Positions 30,632-32,000 of a stretch of 32,000 bases of DNA are shown one piece after another. Origin of the DNA: a cyanobacterium endosymbiont of Epithemia turgida isolate EtSB Lake Yunoko (GTDB lineage: Bacteria; Cyanobacteriota; Cyanobacteriia; Cyanobacteriales; Microcystaceae); assembly GCF_000829235.1 (NCBI RefSeq), contig NZ_AP012549.1, positions 1,350,001 through 1,382,000 on the forward strand. Direction: 5' to 3'. Below the pieces are notes generated by a model. The model saw nothing but the letters and a program-made list of their open reading frames with translations. It had not been told where the DNA came from and did no database searches. The translations under genes and the position numbers were made by a program. Each line of letters starts with the position of its first letter. The first letter of the stretch is position 1.

Positions 30632-32000
30632 AGACAATAAATTTGCAACCTGATTGATTATACTGAGATTTGGATCGCTATGCTTAAGTAATTTAACTTG
30701 ATCTAAAGTTCACGTGAGTATCATTTAATTAGTAAAAATTTTTTTCATAATTTTTCTAAAAAAACTTAATTTTTTTAGAAAAGTAAACTTAAATTAAATA
30801 TAAAAATTTTTCTTTGAAAGATTTTTAGGTCGATCAATTATCTATGGATATTCATCCTAGTGCTTCGGAGACAATCTGGAGACAATCTCCATTGTTGTTG
30901 ACGATACTTTAGTTTCAGTTTCCTTGCATGATTATCTACGACAACCTCAACTGTTAGTTGAGGCAATTACCAGTCCAAAATTAATAGAAACCATTTCCGA
31001 ATATCTCTTTAGGTTAAAGATGTATACCCTCCATTTTATGGAGCTTTATCACTTATAACTCATAGTTGTTTTAAACATTAGGACCTATAGTTAAGATAAG
31101 ATATATTTAAAATTTTCAGAATACGAATTTTGGGGTAGTGATTATATCAATAGTAGCTTTTATTTGAATCTTAGGAGAAAACTTATCCGATAAAATCAGG
31201 AGTAAAAAAATACCTAAAAAGTCAAGGTAATTAATAATTTACGGTAGCTTTAACTCCCCCATTATAGTTAAATTCCCAACTATTATTGGAAATGACTGGT
31301 AATATTTTTCTAAAAAGCATTCTACTAAAAACTAAACAATTCCTACTGAGTTAACTACTCAAAGACTACAGGGAGTGGGTCAGTCAATATTCTTTAGAAA
31401 GACTTACTCAAGAAAATCAACTTACTTCTTTCGTTAATTCTTTAGCCGGTTTATCTCAAAGCTTAAACAGGGCAAAACTGGCTATATGCCCAGTTATTAC
31501 CAGTAATGATCGGGCAGACGACTTATCATAACCCACTAGTTAGAAGGCTTTCATTACTTTTTATATTTACTTTATAAATGCTTTTGTATAGTCATTGGTA
31601 GTAAATATTTAACAATTTCGTATTAAGCTTAAAATGGCAATTATCTTTCCAGACAAGAGATTATACTGCTCATAGTTTATGAATCTCTTCAAACGTTCAG
31701 ATTTTGTCTAAGACAACCTTTTGAGTTACGTAACAATATAGGTCTTAAATTTTTAAAATACACCCATCCCAAAATCACTGTTTTTAGTATTTTTAAAATA
31801 AACTTCTGTGTAATTACTATAGATACTTTGGATTTAGAATGCTAAATTAGCGGTTAATAACTTACAAAACTCTTATTTTGACTACATTCTATTATGTCCA
31901 AAAACTCGACTTTTTTTGTTTATGGTGATTTTGTCATAGCCAAAGTAAAATATTTGCTGTCTTTAACTATTATTTTTTTAAAAATAAGGCGTATTTGAAA

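Noticed and set aside
1-32000. CRISPR arrays, rRNA operons, intact transposases or integrases, toxin-antitoxin pairs and defence-system gene clusters.
   Set aside because: I looked for regularly spaced direct repeats and for multi-gene accessory clusters on both strands and found none. The only tandem repeat is the two-copy 56-bp duplication, and the only mobile-element signal is the dead IS630 relic.

Overview
This is a low-GC cyanobacterial chromosome segment that looks like it is undergoing reductive genome evolution. About 12.2 kb of 32 kb (~38%, summed from the coordinates below) is intact coding sequence. That is 13 well-supported protein genes, one tentative ORF and one tRNA. In order: ackA (5' part, cut by the left edge), a small PEP-CTERM-like ORF, a RodZ-like HTH/DUF4115 protein, pdxJ, an orphan MacB/LolD-type ABC ATPase, ruvB, a squalene-synthase-like protein, glyQ, the CO2-hydration protein cupB/chpX, trmH, a 758-aa flavoprotein-oxidoreductase::SelD fusion, a DUF2141 secreted protein, a calcineurin-type metallophosphoesterase, tRNA-Ser(UGA) and pheA. 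The cyanobacterial assignment rests on cupB/chpX, a HIP1 octamer (GCGATCGC at 8451-8458 inside ruvB) and the general look of the proteins. The genes are functionally unrelated housekeeping genes and form no operon. They are separated by eight very AT-rich tracts of ~1-3.5 kb that lack any ORF of 60 aa or more. These tracts hold recognisable gene remnants: an IS630-family transposase relic, a multiply disrupted secreted-protein gene and a possible pentameric ligand-gated channel relic. They also hold long perfect palindromes, an orphan intrinsic-terminator-like hairpin and a perfect 56-bp tandem duplication. I found no CRISPR array, rRNA, intact mobile element, defence island or coherent multi-gene accessory system, and I will not claim one. 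The most interesting content is the decay architecture and the question of which genes survive it (the SelD fusion, cupB, the orphan ABC ATPase). The pattern resembles obligate-symbiont-type cyanobacteria, but the lineage cannot be fixed from this window alone.
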